From IMG/VR virus record IMGVR_UViG_3300005841_000037, positions 611 to 64,610 of that record: DNA of 64,000 nucleotides. One strand, 5' to 3'. The notes under the pieces were generated by a model, which was not told the origin of the DNA, made no database searches, and worked only from the letters and a program-made list of their open reading frames with translations. The stretch is from a virus (Duplodnaviria; Caudoviricetes). This document shows positions 49,155-57,423 of the stretch, one piece after another (position 1 is the stretch's first letter; the number at the start of each line of letters is the position of its first letter). Position numbers and translations under genes: made by a program.

Positions 49155-49997
49155 CTACGGGAGGAGCGGCGGGTTTTCCAGCAGGTCCGGGTCGGCAAGC
49201 ACGTGCAGGCGCCGGGCCTCGATCCAGAATGCCTTCAAAATCTCTTTCGACGCATAGCGCATGGCGTCGGTGTGCCGGTGGCCGAGGGTCCACGCCTCCA
49301 GCCCGGCCGCGTCGCGCAGCTCCGGCGCGGTGGCCGCGCGGCGGCGGTCATAGGCAACCCGGAACGGCGAGCACCGGCAGTCGTCGGTATGCTGAGGCGG
49401 GGCGGCGGCCGAAGTGCTCGCTTCATCCGCTTGAGTTTCGCCGCCGCCCTTGCACGCCCTGTCCAACTGCTTCAGGCAGGACTCGGCGCAGAGGTACGCC
49501 CTTGTCTTGGCATTGGTCGACCAGTTGGACTTCACGCCCTTCTGCCGCTTCACGGCCTTGCCATCGGCGACGTGCAGCCCCGAGTAGGCCCAGAGCGCGC
49601 TCACCGTGCGCGGCGCGTCGGTGTCGAATCTCCAGTACGGGTCACCGATCGCGGCCAGCAGCCTGCCAGCCTGTTTCATGCCGAGTCCGCGCTGCGCCTT
49701 CACCCACGCCCCCATCGGGTGCGCAGCCATGGCCTTCTCCAAGCCTTTCACCGCATCGGCCTCGATGGTCTTGAGGGCGTCGAAGATCGACAGGAAGCGG
49801 ACGGCGGCCGGGTGGTCGGGGGCCATGCCCGCCGACCGCACCACCTCGTCCTTATCCGGCTTCCACGGCTTGCCGTCGGGGGTGAAGCCGGTCAGGGCGC
49901 CGTAGCGGGCGGCGTTGGCCATGCGGACGCGTTCGAGGTCGTCGAGCACGTCGGCGGCCAGTTGGACGGCGGTCGGGTCGAGCAGATCGCGGTGCAT
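49155..49997 (-). CDS. TasA-like Nop-domain RNA-guided DNA-binding protein (IS110-related, no RuvC)
   Basis: Coiled coil then GLG..AGRLLAAIGD..TVSALWAYSGLHV.DG.A.KR.KG..NW and GHRH.DAMR; 280 aa; flanked by arrays. Confidence 0.85.
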   Translation of the reverse strand: MHRDLLDPTAVQLAADVLDDLERVRMANAARYGALTGFTPDGKPWKPDKDEVVRSAGMAPDHPAAVRFLSIFDALKTIEADAVKGLEKAMAAHPMGAWVKAQRGLGMKQAGRLLAAIGDPYWRFDTDAPRTVSALWAYSGLHVADGKAVKRQKGVKSNWSTNAKTRAYLCAESCLKQLDRACKGGGETQADEASTSAAAPPQHTDDCRCSPFRVAYDRRRAATAPELRDAAGLEAWTLGHRHTDAMRYASKEILKAFWIEARRLHVLADPDLLENPPLLP

Positions 49998-50018
49998 TGG
50001 GTCTCCTGTGGTGGTGGG

Positions 50019-50630
50019 CCCCGCCCGGGGCGCCGCAATTTTGGGTGACGGTGGTCCATCGGCCCCGGGCGGGGAGCTGGTCAGCAGGGCGCGGGCATTT
50101 CGGGTAACGGTCGACTGTCGGCCCCGCTGGGTCTGGAGTTGAGCCCCGCCCGGGGCGCATCGGACTCGGTCACCGACAGTCACTCGGCCCCGGGCAGGGA
50201 GCTGAACCGGCAGGGCGTTGAGGGCACGGGCATCGAAAACCCCGAGGCTCTGCCGGTCGTCTGTAGATTTGTGGCCCGCCCAGGGCGCTCGCATGACGGC
50301 ATCGATACGGTAGCGGCCCTGAGCAGGCGGTCCTGCACGGACGTTCAACGGGCTTCGTTGCGGCGAAGGTGCAGGAGTTGCGCCCCCACCGGGGCGGCAC
50401 CACTACGGGCATCACGCCACTATCGGCTCCGGCGGGGAGTTCGCGCCGCCCGGCGGCAGCATCACGGGTACGGTCGGCATCAGCGGCCGGGCGGCAAATC
50501 TGGGAGCGCAGCCCCGGGCGGATCTTCCCCGGGTATCGCGGACAGAACGGCCCGGGGCTGCGCAGTGCGGGGGGTGGCGGCGCGGCGGTTGCCGATCGGG
50601 TCTCGCAATCTCTTTGGCCACGCCGCCACC
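50019..50630 (-). ncRNA. TIGR-type stem-loop array, units 3-12
   Basis: 10 hairpin units of about 50-60 nt, each with two 9-nt variable segments around CGNNRCCCG. Confidence 0.9.
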
Positions 50631-50634
50631 TGGT

Positions 50635-51171
50635 CTAGGCCCGATCCATCAGCTGCTTGAGCACAGCCTCCGGCAGATGTTCTACCGTGTCCGCGCCGTG
50701 CTGGCGCAGCACCTCGGCGATCTCGTCATACCGGGCGGCGACAGCCATGTTCCGGGCGGCCTGGCCGCGGGCGAACGCCGCCGCCGCGATCAGGTCGGCG
50801 GCGGTGGCGTCGCCGAGGCGCAGCCGGTGCTCACCGGTCCAGATCGTGTCCCGCAGGAACCGCTCACGCTCGGCGGCGAACATGTCGCGCATCCTGGCCC
50901 GTTTCGCGCTCACCGGCGCAGCCACCGCACGGCGCGTTCCCTGCGCGGCGAGCTTCGCCTGCGCGCTCCGGCCGTGGATGTACGGATTCACGGTGCGGTT
51001 TTTGCTGAAGTAGGTACGGACTGCGGCGCGCAGGAACGACAGCATATGCGCCTCCAGCACCTCGGCCGGGGCGGACTGGCGGACCTTGACGGCGATGTCG
51101 GCGACGTCGGTGAGACCGGCGCTCACGGCCTGGTCGATGTAGGTGCGCAGGTCGGGCATGTCGTCGGACAC
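50635..51171 (-). CDS. hypothetical protein embedded in the TIGR-type array
   Basis: AAAGGAG RBS + GTG, 178 aa helical. Confidence 0.7.
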   Translation of the reverse strand: MSDDMPDLRTYIDQAVSAGLTDVADIAVKVRQSAPAEVLEAHMLSFLRAAVRTYFSKNRTVNPYIHGRSAQAKLAAQGTRRAVAAPVSAKRARMRDMFAAERERFLRDTIWTGEHRLRLGDATAADLIAAAAFARGQAARNMAVAARYDEIAEVLRQHGADTVEHLPEAVLKQLMDRA

Positions 51172-51194
51172 GGGCACTCCTTTCGATGGTGGGA

Positions 51195-51304
51195 CGCCGG
51201 GGCGGAAGGCTTCAGGGCTTCCCTGGCTTTTGGGCCCCGGCGGGCTTTGGGGTCGGCCGGGCGCCATTGCGCTGGTTACTCGGCTCTTCAACGGCCCGGC
51301 CGAC
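51195..51304 (-). ncRNA. TIGR-type stem-loop array, units 1-2
   Basis: Two units directly after the promoter. Confidence 0.8.
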
Positions 51305-51310
51305 TTCACA

Positions 51311-51340
51311 ACCCTGCACTATCGTCACACCCCGTGTCAA
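51311..51340 (-). promoter_or_regulatory. phage promoter/operator driving the TIGR-type operon
   Basis: TTGACA-cggggtgtgacgatagtg-CAGGGT directly after the terminase stop. Confidence 0.7.
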
Positions 51341-51341
51341 G

Positions 51342-53135
51342 TTACCGGGGCTGCAGCGTGCCGTCCTTGCGCGCGATCTTCGGCGTGAGCAGCCGGACCA
51401 CCGGCGACATGGCGGCGTCCACGATGTCGTCATGGGGAACGAGCGGCCACGCCAGCATTTGATCTTCAAGTGCCGGAATGACCCTGGAGAACGTCACCCG
51501 GTTGCGTTGTTGCAGGTCGAGGGCGCGGGCGAACTTGACCTCCTTGCCCTCCGAGGTGCCATAGGTGATCACCCGGATGGGGAAGTTGTCGAACACCTCG
51601 GTCCACAGGTCACCGCCCTGGTTGTTCTCGATCACCAGGGCCTTGACCTGCGGATAGTCCTGTAGCACCGTCAGCACGTGATCGCGCAGCCGCTTGCCGG
51701 TCAGTTTCACGCCCTGCGCCATCTCAATGTGCACCCGGGACAGCCTGGTCGCCGTGCCCTTGTCGAGGGCCTCCCGGGCCTCACGCCTGGTCAGGCGGCC
51801 GAACCGGATCCGGCCCTTGCCGTCGACGCCATCGGTCAGTTCCTCGCGCTTCCAGAGCGCCAGTTCCGCCGCGGTAACCTTCGATGCGTTCGCGACCGCC
51901 GGGGCATATCCGACCACGGCGATACCGCAGTCATCCGATCGGGTTTTCATGGTTACCGGCGGGTCGAGGAAAATGAACCATTTGGTAATGTTCGCCGGAG
52001 TGCCGTACATGAAGTCATCGGCACCCCAGTATTTGCCTTCACGACCCTTCGGGTCATTGTCGTAGTTCAATTTGTACGAGCGGGTGTGCTCGATCGATTC
52101 GAGGTATTCCAGGGACCATTTCGCGGGCCACACACTGCGCCGGGTGCCGTCGCGCCGGGTCACGATCGCCCTCGTGTGATACGTCTTGATCTTCTGCTCG
52201 TCGACCCACGGTTCGACGTCCTCACCCTTGGAGTGCCGGACCAGCTCATGCACGATGCTGCCCGGCATTGTAACCGTGCCGACGAGAACGACGCGCGCCA
52301 ATTCGTTGAGTGGCAGAATGGCGTTTTCGATGGTGCTGAGCCGCTTCTCCCGCTGGAACGGCGAATACGTCGCCTCCGGCGGCTCGCAGTCGTCGAAGAT
52401 CAGCAGGTCGGGCCGCTCGGCACCCATCTTCATGCCCAGCGACGTCGAGTCGATACCTTTCGCCACGAACGTGAAGCCGCTGCGCGAGTGCAGCATATTT
52501 TGATTGTCGGCGACGGTCCGGCCGGTGTGCCGCCGGGCCGGGTTGCACAGGCCCGGGTAGTCGTTGCGGAGCAGCACATTGTCGGCGTGCTCGGCCTTGA
52601 ACGTCGACAGGTGCAGCTCCGCCATCGAGCCCGAGTCGGCGAACGCCGCCGCGAACTTCGCATGGCCGTGCGCCCCCGCCCACATCGGCAAAATCAAAAA
52701 CCACCAGGTGGACTTCCCGCACGACCGGGGCGCGACGAATGCTTTCCGGTCTTCACGCTGGCCGCGGGACGGGCCGATCCACCGCCGGGCGGCCCGGACC
52801 CACAGGAAGTGGGCGTCGGCGAAGGAGATGTCACCTTCGTTGTTTTTGAGGTGTTTGCGCATGTAGGTGAGCGCGAACAGCATCGGGTCGTACTTCGTCA
52901 GCACCCGGCGGCCCTCGGCGGAGCCGAGCAGCCGCGGATCGAACTGCGACAGGTACAAGTCGAGGTCGAACGTTTCCGGGTTGGCGTCGGGGCTGTACGG
53001 GTCGATGGTGACGCCCGCCAGGGCGGCCATCGCCAGGGCCCGCTGGCGGCGCCGCTCGGGTGTGACGGCCTCGTCCGGCGGGATGGCGGTCGTGGGGCCG
53101 TCGGCGACGGTGGCGCCACCGGCGAGGGTGGTCAC
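51342..53135 (-). CDS. terL: terminase large subunit
   Basis: Walker A APRSCGKST, RPDLLIFDD, nuclease FLDPP..D, IENNQGG, HDDIVDA. Confidence 0.92.
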   Translation of the reverse strand: MTTLAGGATVADGPTTAIPPDEAVTPERRRQRALAMAALAGVTIDPYSPDANPETFDLDLYLSQFDPRLLGSAEGRRVLTKYDPMLFALTYMRKHLKNNEGDISFADAHFLWVRAARRWIGPSRGQREDRKAFVAPRSCGKSTWWFLILPMWAGAHGHAKFAAAFADSGSMAELHLSTFKAEHADNVLLRNDYPGLCNPARRHTGRTVADNQNMLHSRSGFTFVAKGIDSTSLGMKMGAERPDLLIFDDCEPPEATYSPFQREKRLSTIENAILPLNELARVVLVGTVTMPGSIVHELVRHSKGEDVEPWVDEQKIKTYHTRAIVTRRDGTRRSVWPAKWSLEYLESIEHTRSYKLNYDNDPKGREGKYWGADDFMYGTPANITKWFIFLDPPVTMKTRSDDCGIAVVGYAPAVANASKVTAAELALWKREELTDGVDGKGRIRFGRLTRREAREALDKGTATRLSRVHIEMAQGVKLTGKRLRDHVLTVLQDYPQVKALVIENNQGGDLWTEVFDNFPIRVITYGTSEGKEVKFARALDLQQRNRVTFSRVIPALEDQMLAWPLVPHDDIVDAAMSPVVRLLTPKIARKDGTLQPR

Positions 53136-53138
53136 GGC

Positions 53139-53789
53139 CTACAGCTCCGGGTCGTCGCTGGCGGTGGCGATGATGTCGGCCTCGGAGGCGGCAGCGCGGG
53201 CGGCGGCCTCGTTGACCATCTCCTGTAGCTCCATCTCCTCCTGGGTGAGCTGCGTCAGCTGCACGTCGACCTTGACGGGCATGTTGAGGCCCATCAGTTT
53301 CGAGCGGGCGCCGACGAGCGACTCGACGGTGCGCAGCGCCTCCAGGGCGGTCCGGGTCGCCCGGAAACTGGCCTTCACCTTGTCGTACTGCTTCCACGCC
53401 TCGGCGGCGGCCGCTTCCAGCTCGATCGCGGCCTCGGCGCGCAGTACGGGGGTGTTGACGACGCCGGAGCGCTTGTCGACGTCTTCGCGAGTCCACCGGC
53501 GGACGGTCTCGATGGACAGGCCGAAGCGTTCGCCGATTTCGCGCAGCGGCGCGTGCGGGTGGCTGACGGTGTAGGCGATGACCTCTTTGACCAGGGATTC
53601 GTCGTAGGACCGGGGGCCGAATCGCTTATGGCCGCGGGTCCGGCCGCGGCCGTCCTCGTGGTCGTCGTCCTGAATGCGGGGGCCGGTCCAGCCGTCGCTG
53701 TGCGAGTATCCGGCGCCCGGGTAGTGCCGCCGGACGACGATCTCGCCTTCGAGGGCCTGGCCGTCGTCGTAGTCTGGTGCGTCGCCCAT
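53139..53789 (-). CDS. terminase small subunit (HTH)
   Basis: LREIGERFGLSIETVRRW; RSKLMGLNMP; directly upstream of terL. Confidence 0.75.
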   Translation of the reverse strand: MGDAPDYDDGQALEGEIVVRRHYPGAGYSHSDGWTGPRIQDDDHEDGRGRTRGHKRFGPRSYDESLVKEVIAYTVSHPHAPLREIGERFGLSIETVRRWTREDVDKRSGVVNTPVLRAEAAIELEAAAAEAWKQYDKVKASFRATRTALEALRTVESLVGARSKLMGLNMPVKVDVQLTQLTQEEMELQEMVNEAAARAAASEADIIATASDDPEL

Positions 53790-53946
53790 CTCGGACCCTT
53801 CCGTGCTGCCGTCGCGGCTGGTGGGCCCGCATCACGCAGAAGCCCGCCACCTTGAAGGTTAGCGGGCTTCGAACATGTGATCTAGTGGTGAGCAGCGACG
53901 CGGGATGTATGGGAAACGGGGACCCTTCGGTCACGCTCGCTGGCCA

Positions 53947-54183
53947 TCATAGCGGGTCGTCGGGGTCAAGACGCATCTCGGCCCGGCTGGCCTGCCAGGC
54001 GGCGAAGTGGCTGGCGATGTTCGCCCAGAGGCTCATCATGGCCACCCAGAGCACCGAGTCGCGCCACCAGAGCAGCGTCGGCATAATCGCCAGCATCCAG
54101 GCCGCGGTCAGCACCAGGTGGACGCGCGCCCAGTTCCGGGGACGCGTCAGGGCGGCCACGAGGGCCGCCCTGGGCGTGGTCAC
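53947..54183 (-). CDS. small membrane protein
   Basis: Two hydrophobic helices; WRDSV.WV..MS.WAN. Confidence 0.65.
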   Translation of the reverse strand: MTTPRAALVAALTRPRNWARVHLVLTAAWMLAIMPTLLWWRDSVLWVAMMSLWANIASHFAAWQASRAEMRLDPDDPL

Positions 54184-54186
54184 GAA

Positions 54187-54780
54187 CTACTTCCGGCCGG
54201 TGTTGCGGGTGTCGCGGGTGTCGTCCTTGCTGGCCTGCTCGGCGAGCTTGGCGTCGGCGGCCGCGCGAACGCTGGTCGCCGTCGCCGACTGGCCGTCCTT
54301 GGTGGCCTCGGCGGACGCTTCGCGCTCCGCGGCGCGCAGCGCGTTGGTGCGGGCGTTCTGCTTGATCGCGCCCTCGTACATCCCGGGGCCTGCGGCCTCC
54401 TCGTCGTCGCCCTCCAGTTCCTTGCCCTGGCTGGCGGCGAGGAAGCGGTAGAACGACTGCAGCGGGTACTTCCAGGCCCGGCCGGTCTTGTCGTTGCCGT
54501 CGCGGACAACGACCTGACCGGCGTCGATGTCGGTCGCGATGTAGTCGTTGGGGCCCTCGCCGTACTCCAGGATCGGGACCGCCACCGGCGCAGCCTCGAC
54601 CTCACCGTCGTTGTCGGCGTCGGGGAGCTGGACGTGGGCGGTGACGTGCTTCGTCCACTGCTCGAACAGGGCCGGGCCGAAGGCCAGGTCCAGGCTGTTG
54701 GCCGTCGGGGCCTGCAGCGCGTGGGCCGGGTCGGCCTGCTCGTTGGCCGCGTACTCGCGGCCCTTGCCGGTGTCGGCCAC
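54187..54780 (-). CDS. hypothetical acidic protein
   Basis: AAGGAGG RBS + GTG. Confidence 0.7.
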   Translation of the reverse strand: MADTGKGREYAANEQADPAHALQAPTANSLDLAFGPALFEQWTKHVTAHVQLPDADNDGEVEAAPVAVPILEYGEGPNDYIATDIDAGQVVVRDGNDKTGRAWKYPLQSFYRFLAASQGKELEGDDEEAAGPGMYEGAIKQNARTNALRAAEREASAEATKDGQSATATSVRAAADAKLAEQASKDDTRDTRNTGRK

Positions 54781-54909
54781 TGGGGCCTCCTTCATGATCG
54801 TCTCTGGCCAAAGAGAAACGCCCACCGGATACCCGGTGGGCGTCTCCCTGAAACGGCACGACAAATCTTGAAGGGGTTCAGCGTTTTCTGCGGTCGTACC
54901 GTAGATCTG

Positions 54910-55071
54910 TCACGCCTGTTCGCGGGCCTCCTGGCGGCCTTCGCGCCGCTCCCGGCGCCGGATGCCGCGCTTCACCTTCGAGGTGGCGCCCGGCCGCTGG
55001 TAGCGGGTGAGCAGCCGCCGCCAGCCGGTGGTCACGTCCTGCTCGTCGCCGTTGATCGCCTTGCGCTTCAC
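54910..55071 (-). CDS. small basic protein
   Basis: GDEQDV..W....KRGIRRRERR; GTGA overlap. Confidence 0.6.
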   Translation of the reverse strand: MKRKAINGDEQDVTTGWRRLLTRYQRPGATSKVKRGIRRRERREGRQEAREQA

Positions 55072-55277
55072 AGCCACCCCGATTTCCCGGCGATGAGCAG
55101 CGCCGCCGACACCACGGGGATGGCCAGAATCGGAATCCACCAGGCGGACTCCATGACGCTCCGGATGCTGTTGCGGGTCTCGCCCTCGGGCAGCTTCCGC
55201 TTGGCGTGGTGGGCGGCCAGCAGGGTCGCGAACACCACCCCGGCCAGCAGGCCGCCGATGATCTTCAGTGCTTCCAT
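55068..55277 (-). CDS. small membrane protein
   Basis: AAGGAGG RBS; two TM helices. Confidence 0.65.
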   Translation of the reverse strand: MEALKIIGGLLAGVVFATLLAAHHAKRKLPEGETRNSIRSVMESAWWIPILAIPVVSAALLIAGKSGWL

Positions 55278-55291
55278 GATCCTCCTTGCAA

Positions 55292-55480
55292 TGGTGGAGC
55301 TGCACGGGCGGGAGTCGAACCCGCGTACGGAGCGGCGCGCACCACCCCCGGGCCGAATGGGCCCTGCCGACTGCCGTCATCGGCGTACCGCGCATTGCGG
55401 GGCCCCGGCCCGCTGTACTGATGGTGCCGACGGCAGTCGGCCGGGAACCCCTTTCGCCAGCATCGCTGCGCCGCAGCGGA
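55292..55480 (-). ncRNA. structured RNA with tRNA T-arm and CCA end (5' boundary uncertain)
   Basis: GCGGG-TTCGACT-CCCGC..GCTCCACCA; long stem CCGACTGCCGTC/GACGGCAGTCGG. Confidence 0.4.
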
Positions 55481-55589
55481 TTTGCACCGTCACCCCGTCT
55501 TGGTGGCCACCGCCACGGGGTCTCTTTGTCCGGAGTCCAACCGGTCGATGCTGACTTGCCCGTACCCGGTGGCCACCGGGCCGGTACCG

Positions 55590-55660
55590 TGCCCCTGGCC
55601 GGAATCGAACCGACCTCCCCGCTTTGTAGGCGGTGCCTGACCCTCGTCGGCGTCAGGGGC
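55590..55660 (-). tRNA. atypical tRNA (loop CTACAAA; anticodon ACA or TAC)
   Basis: Acceptor GCCCCTG/CAGGGGC, T arm GTCGG-TTCGATT-CCGGC, 4-bp anticodon stem. Confidence 0.55.
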
Positions 55661-55751
55661 TTCCCGGGCTGCGCATTGCTGGCGAGGCACGCAGTGGCCG
55701 GGTTGCACGGGAGCCCAGCTAGGTCGCCACCCGCTAGGACGATCCGTACCG

Positions 55752-55823
55752 CAGGAGGACGGGGATTCGAACCCCGGCTACCCGCTTTGGAGACGGGTGC
55801 TCTGGCCGCTGAGCTATCCTCCT
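55752..55823 (-). tRNA. tRNA-Trp(CCA)
   Basis: Full cloverleaf, loop CTCCAAA. Confidence 0.9.
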
Positions 55824-56136
55824 AGGCGCCGCCCGGTCCGGACCGGGCGGCTTGTGCGGGGCCGAACTGCCGAGGCGTACCCGGCCAGCAGATCCTGCAC
55901 CGCAAGCGGGTGAGGTGTGATCCCCTGCGCCCATCCGGTCGTACGCCCGGATCACGTCCCGCTCCCCCGGCGTAACCCGCCGGATGGTCACCCAGCCGCC
56001 CCTGTCGGCAGGCTGGGCAATGTCTCGCAGTGTCCGGGTCCGATCAGGGCAGGTCCCGCCGGTCGTACACTGCGCATTTGGGCAGCCGACTACGTGCGGC
56101 TCCGCAACGGACCGCGGCCGGTAACGCCGCGGATCG

Positions 56137-56208
56137 AGGATCACCAGGGACTCGAACCCTGAACTGACCGGTTAAGAGCCGGTTCCTCTGCCATTGAGGT
56201 AGTGATCC
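56137..56208 (-). tRNA. tRNA-Lys(CTT)
   Basis: Full cloverleaf, loop CTCTTAA. Confidence 0.9.
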
Positions 56209-56292
56209 AATGTCCCGTGTGCGCGCCCGGACGGGACCAGCCGGGAGATGCCCCACCCTCCTGTCCGGAGGGTCAGTCGCGCGGTTGAACGT

Positions 56293-56460
56293 CTACTTCC
56301 CGGCCACCCACGGCACGCCGTCGCCGGTCATACCCTTGGCCGCGGGAACGACCCGGCTGCGCAGGGCGTTCGCGTCGGGCAGGCCGTGGCCGAGGGCGTC
56401 GGCCAGGATCATCATCGGGTAGGCCAGCAGCGCCAGCGCACCGAGCAGTGTCAGCAGCAT
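56293..56460 (-). CDS. 55-aa membrane/secreted peptide
   Basis: AAAGGAGG RBS; MLLTLLGALALLAYPMMILADALG.. Confidence 0.55.
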   Translation of the reverse strand: MLLTLLGALALLAYPMMILADALGHGLPDANALRSRVVPAAKGMTGDGVPWVAGK

Positions 56461-56475
56461 GCTGACCTCCTTTCG

Positions 56476-56550
56476 CGTCCGTCAGGGGAATTGAACCCCT
56501 GTCACGCCCGCCAAAAGGGGCCGGGCGGCTCGCCGTGGCTCTACCGGACG
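56476..56550 (-). pseudogene. degenerate tRNA-like element
   Basis: CGTCCG/CGGACG acceptor and CAGGGG-TTCAATT-CCCCTG T arm, with irregular D and anticodon arms. Confidence 0.45.
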
Positions 56551-56635
56551 TCATCTTCGTTTCCCGCCTTGCAGGGCGCCGTTGACGCGGCACAACCCCA
56601 CTCCGTCGACGGGTGGATCGTCAAATCCTGAAGCG

Positions 56636-56786
56636 TGGATGACATGGGATTCGAACCCACCATCGGCTACTTTGCGTTTCGGCTCGGCCCACCACGCGGG
56701 CCGTGCGAGCTTGACGCGTTTCACCCTTCCCCTTTCGGGGCGCCAGGGCCAAGATGCCCCGCTCTCTCCATTGAGCTATCTCACCC
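56636..56786 (-). ncRNA. tRNA-like RNA with a large structured insert replacing the anticodon arm
   Basis: D arm GCTC-AATGGAGA-GAGC and T arm GTGGG-TTCGAAT-CCCAT separated by ~95 nt. Confidence 0.6.
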
Positions 56787-56787
56787 G

Positions 56788-56860
56788 TACCCCGCCCGGG
56801 ACTTGAACCCGGAACTTCCCGATTAAAAGTCGGGCACGCTGCCAGTTGCGTCAGCGGGGC
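56788..56860 (-). tRNA. tRNA-Lys(TTT)
   Basis: Full cloverleaf, loop CTTTTAA. Confidence 0.9.
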
Positions 56861-56994
56861 ACAACCGGGGTGACATCGTTTTCAGCCACCCCGGCCTCTA
56901 AACGGTGCACATCAGCGCGGGACCGTAGGGGTACGTGCCTCTGTCGGCCTCTGTGCGGTGGTGCATCGTCCCCGGTTACGACGGGGGCGAGGTG

Positions 56995-57189
56995 TTACCG
57001 GTTCTTGCCGGGCGGCGGGTTGGTGGTGGCGCCACGACTTCCGGCGCCGAAGGAGTCGCGGGCGATACGGTCCGCCCTGGCCCCCTCGGCCTTGTTGTCG
57101 ACGCCGCGGTCAGCGCGGATGCGGCCCCCGCTGGAACCGCCCTCGGCCTTGCCGGAACTGTGGCCGGTCTCGCCGCGGTTCTTCGCCAT
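56995..57189 (-). CDS. small Gly/Arg-rich protein
   Basis: CCACCAC..GGGAG leader, ATG. Confidence 0.55.
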   Translation of the reverse strand: MAKNRGETGHSSGKAEGGSSGGRIRADRGVDNKAEGARADRIARDSFGAGSRGATTNPPPGKNR

Positions 57190-57221
57190 AAGGTGCTCCC
57201 GTCTCGTGGTGGATGTTGCCG

Positions 57222-57296
57222 TAGCGGAGGCTGGATTCGAACCAGCGCATGCCGGGCTTATGAGGCCCGCGAGGATGACCGCTCCTCTACTCCGCT
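57222..57296 (-). tRNA. tRNA-Met(CAT)
   Basis: Full cloverleaf, loop CTCATAA. Confidence 0.88.
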
Positions 57297-57423
57297 CCGT
57301 GGTGTTGCGATGTAGTTATCAAAGCGACATCCCCACACCGGGGGCCGGGCGCCGCTCGCGGGTGTAACCCCGATACTGCCTCGCCCGGACCCCCAGGGGG
57401 TCCACCTCCGAGGAGGTCTTGCG

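Noticed and set aside
49155-50348. IS110 transposon, with the 397-aa ORF as transposase
   Set aside because: The likely start is the ATG at 49997 with an RBS; there is no N-terminal DEDD RuvC domain, and the upstream frame merely runs through the stem-loop array
50019-50630. CRISPR array, or a run of terminators/REP elements
   Set aside because: No constant 23-47-nt repeat and no U-tails; the fixed 9+9-nt internal architecture fits TIGR instead
55292-55480. Bona fide tmRNA
   Set aside because: No matching GGGG(C/G)TGA 5' end or tag ORF found; extra bases between T arm and acceptor
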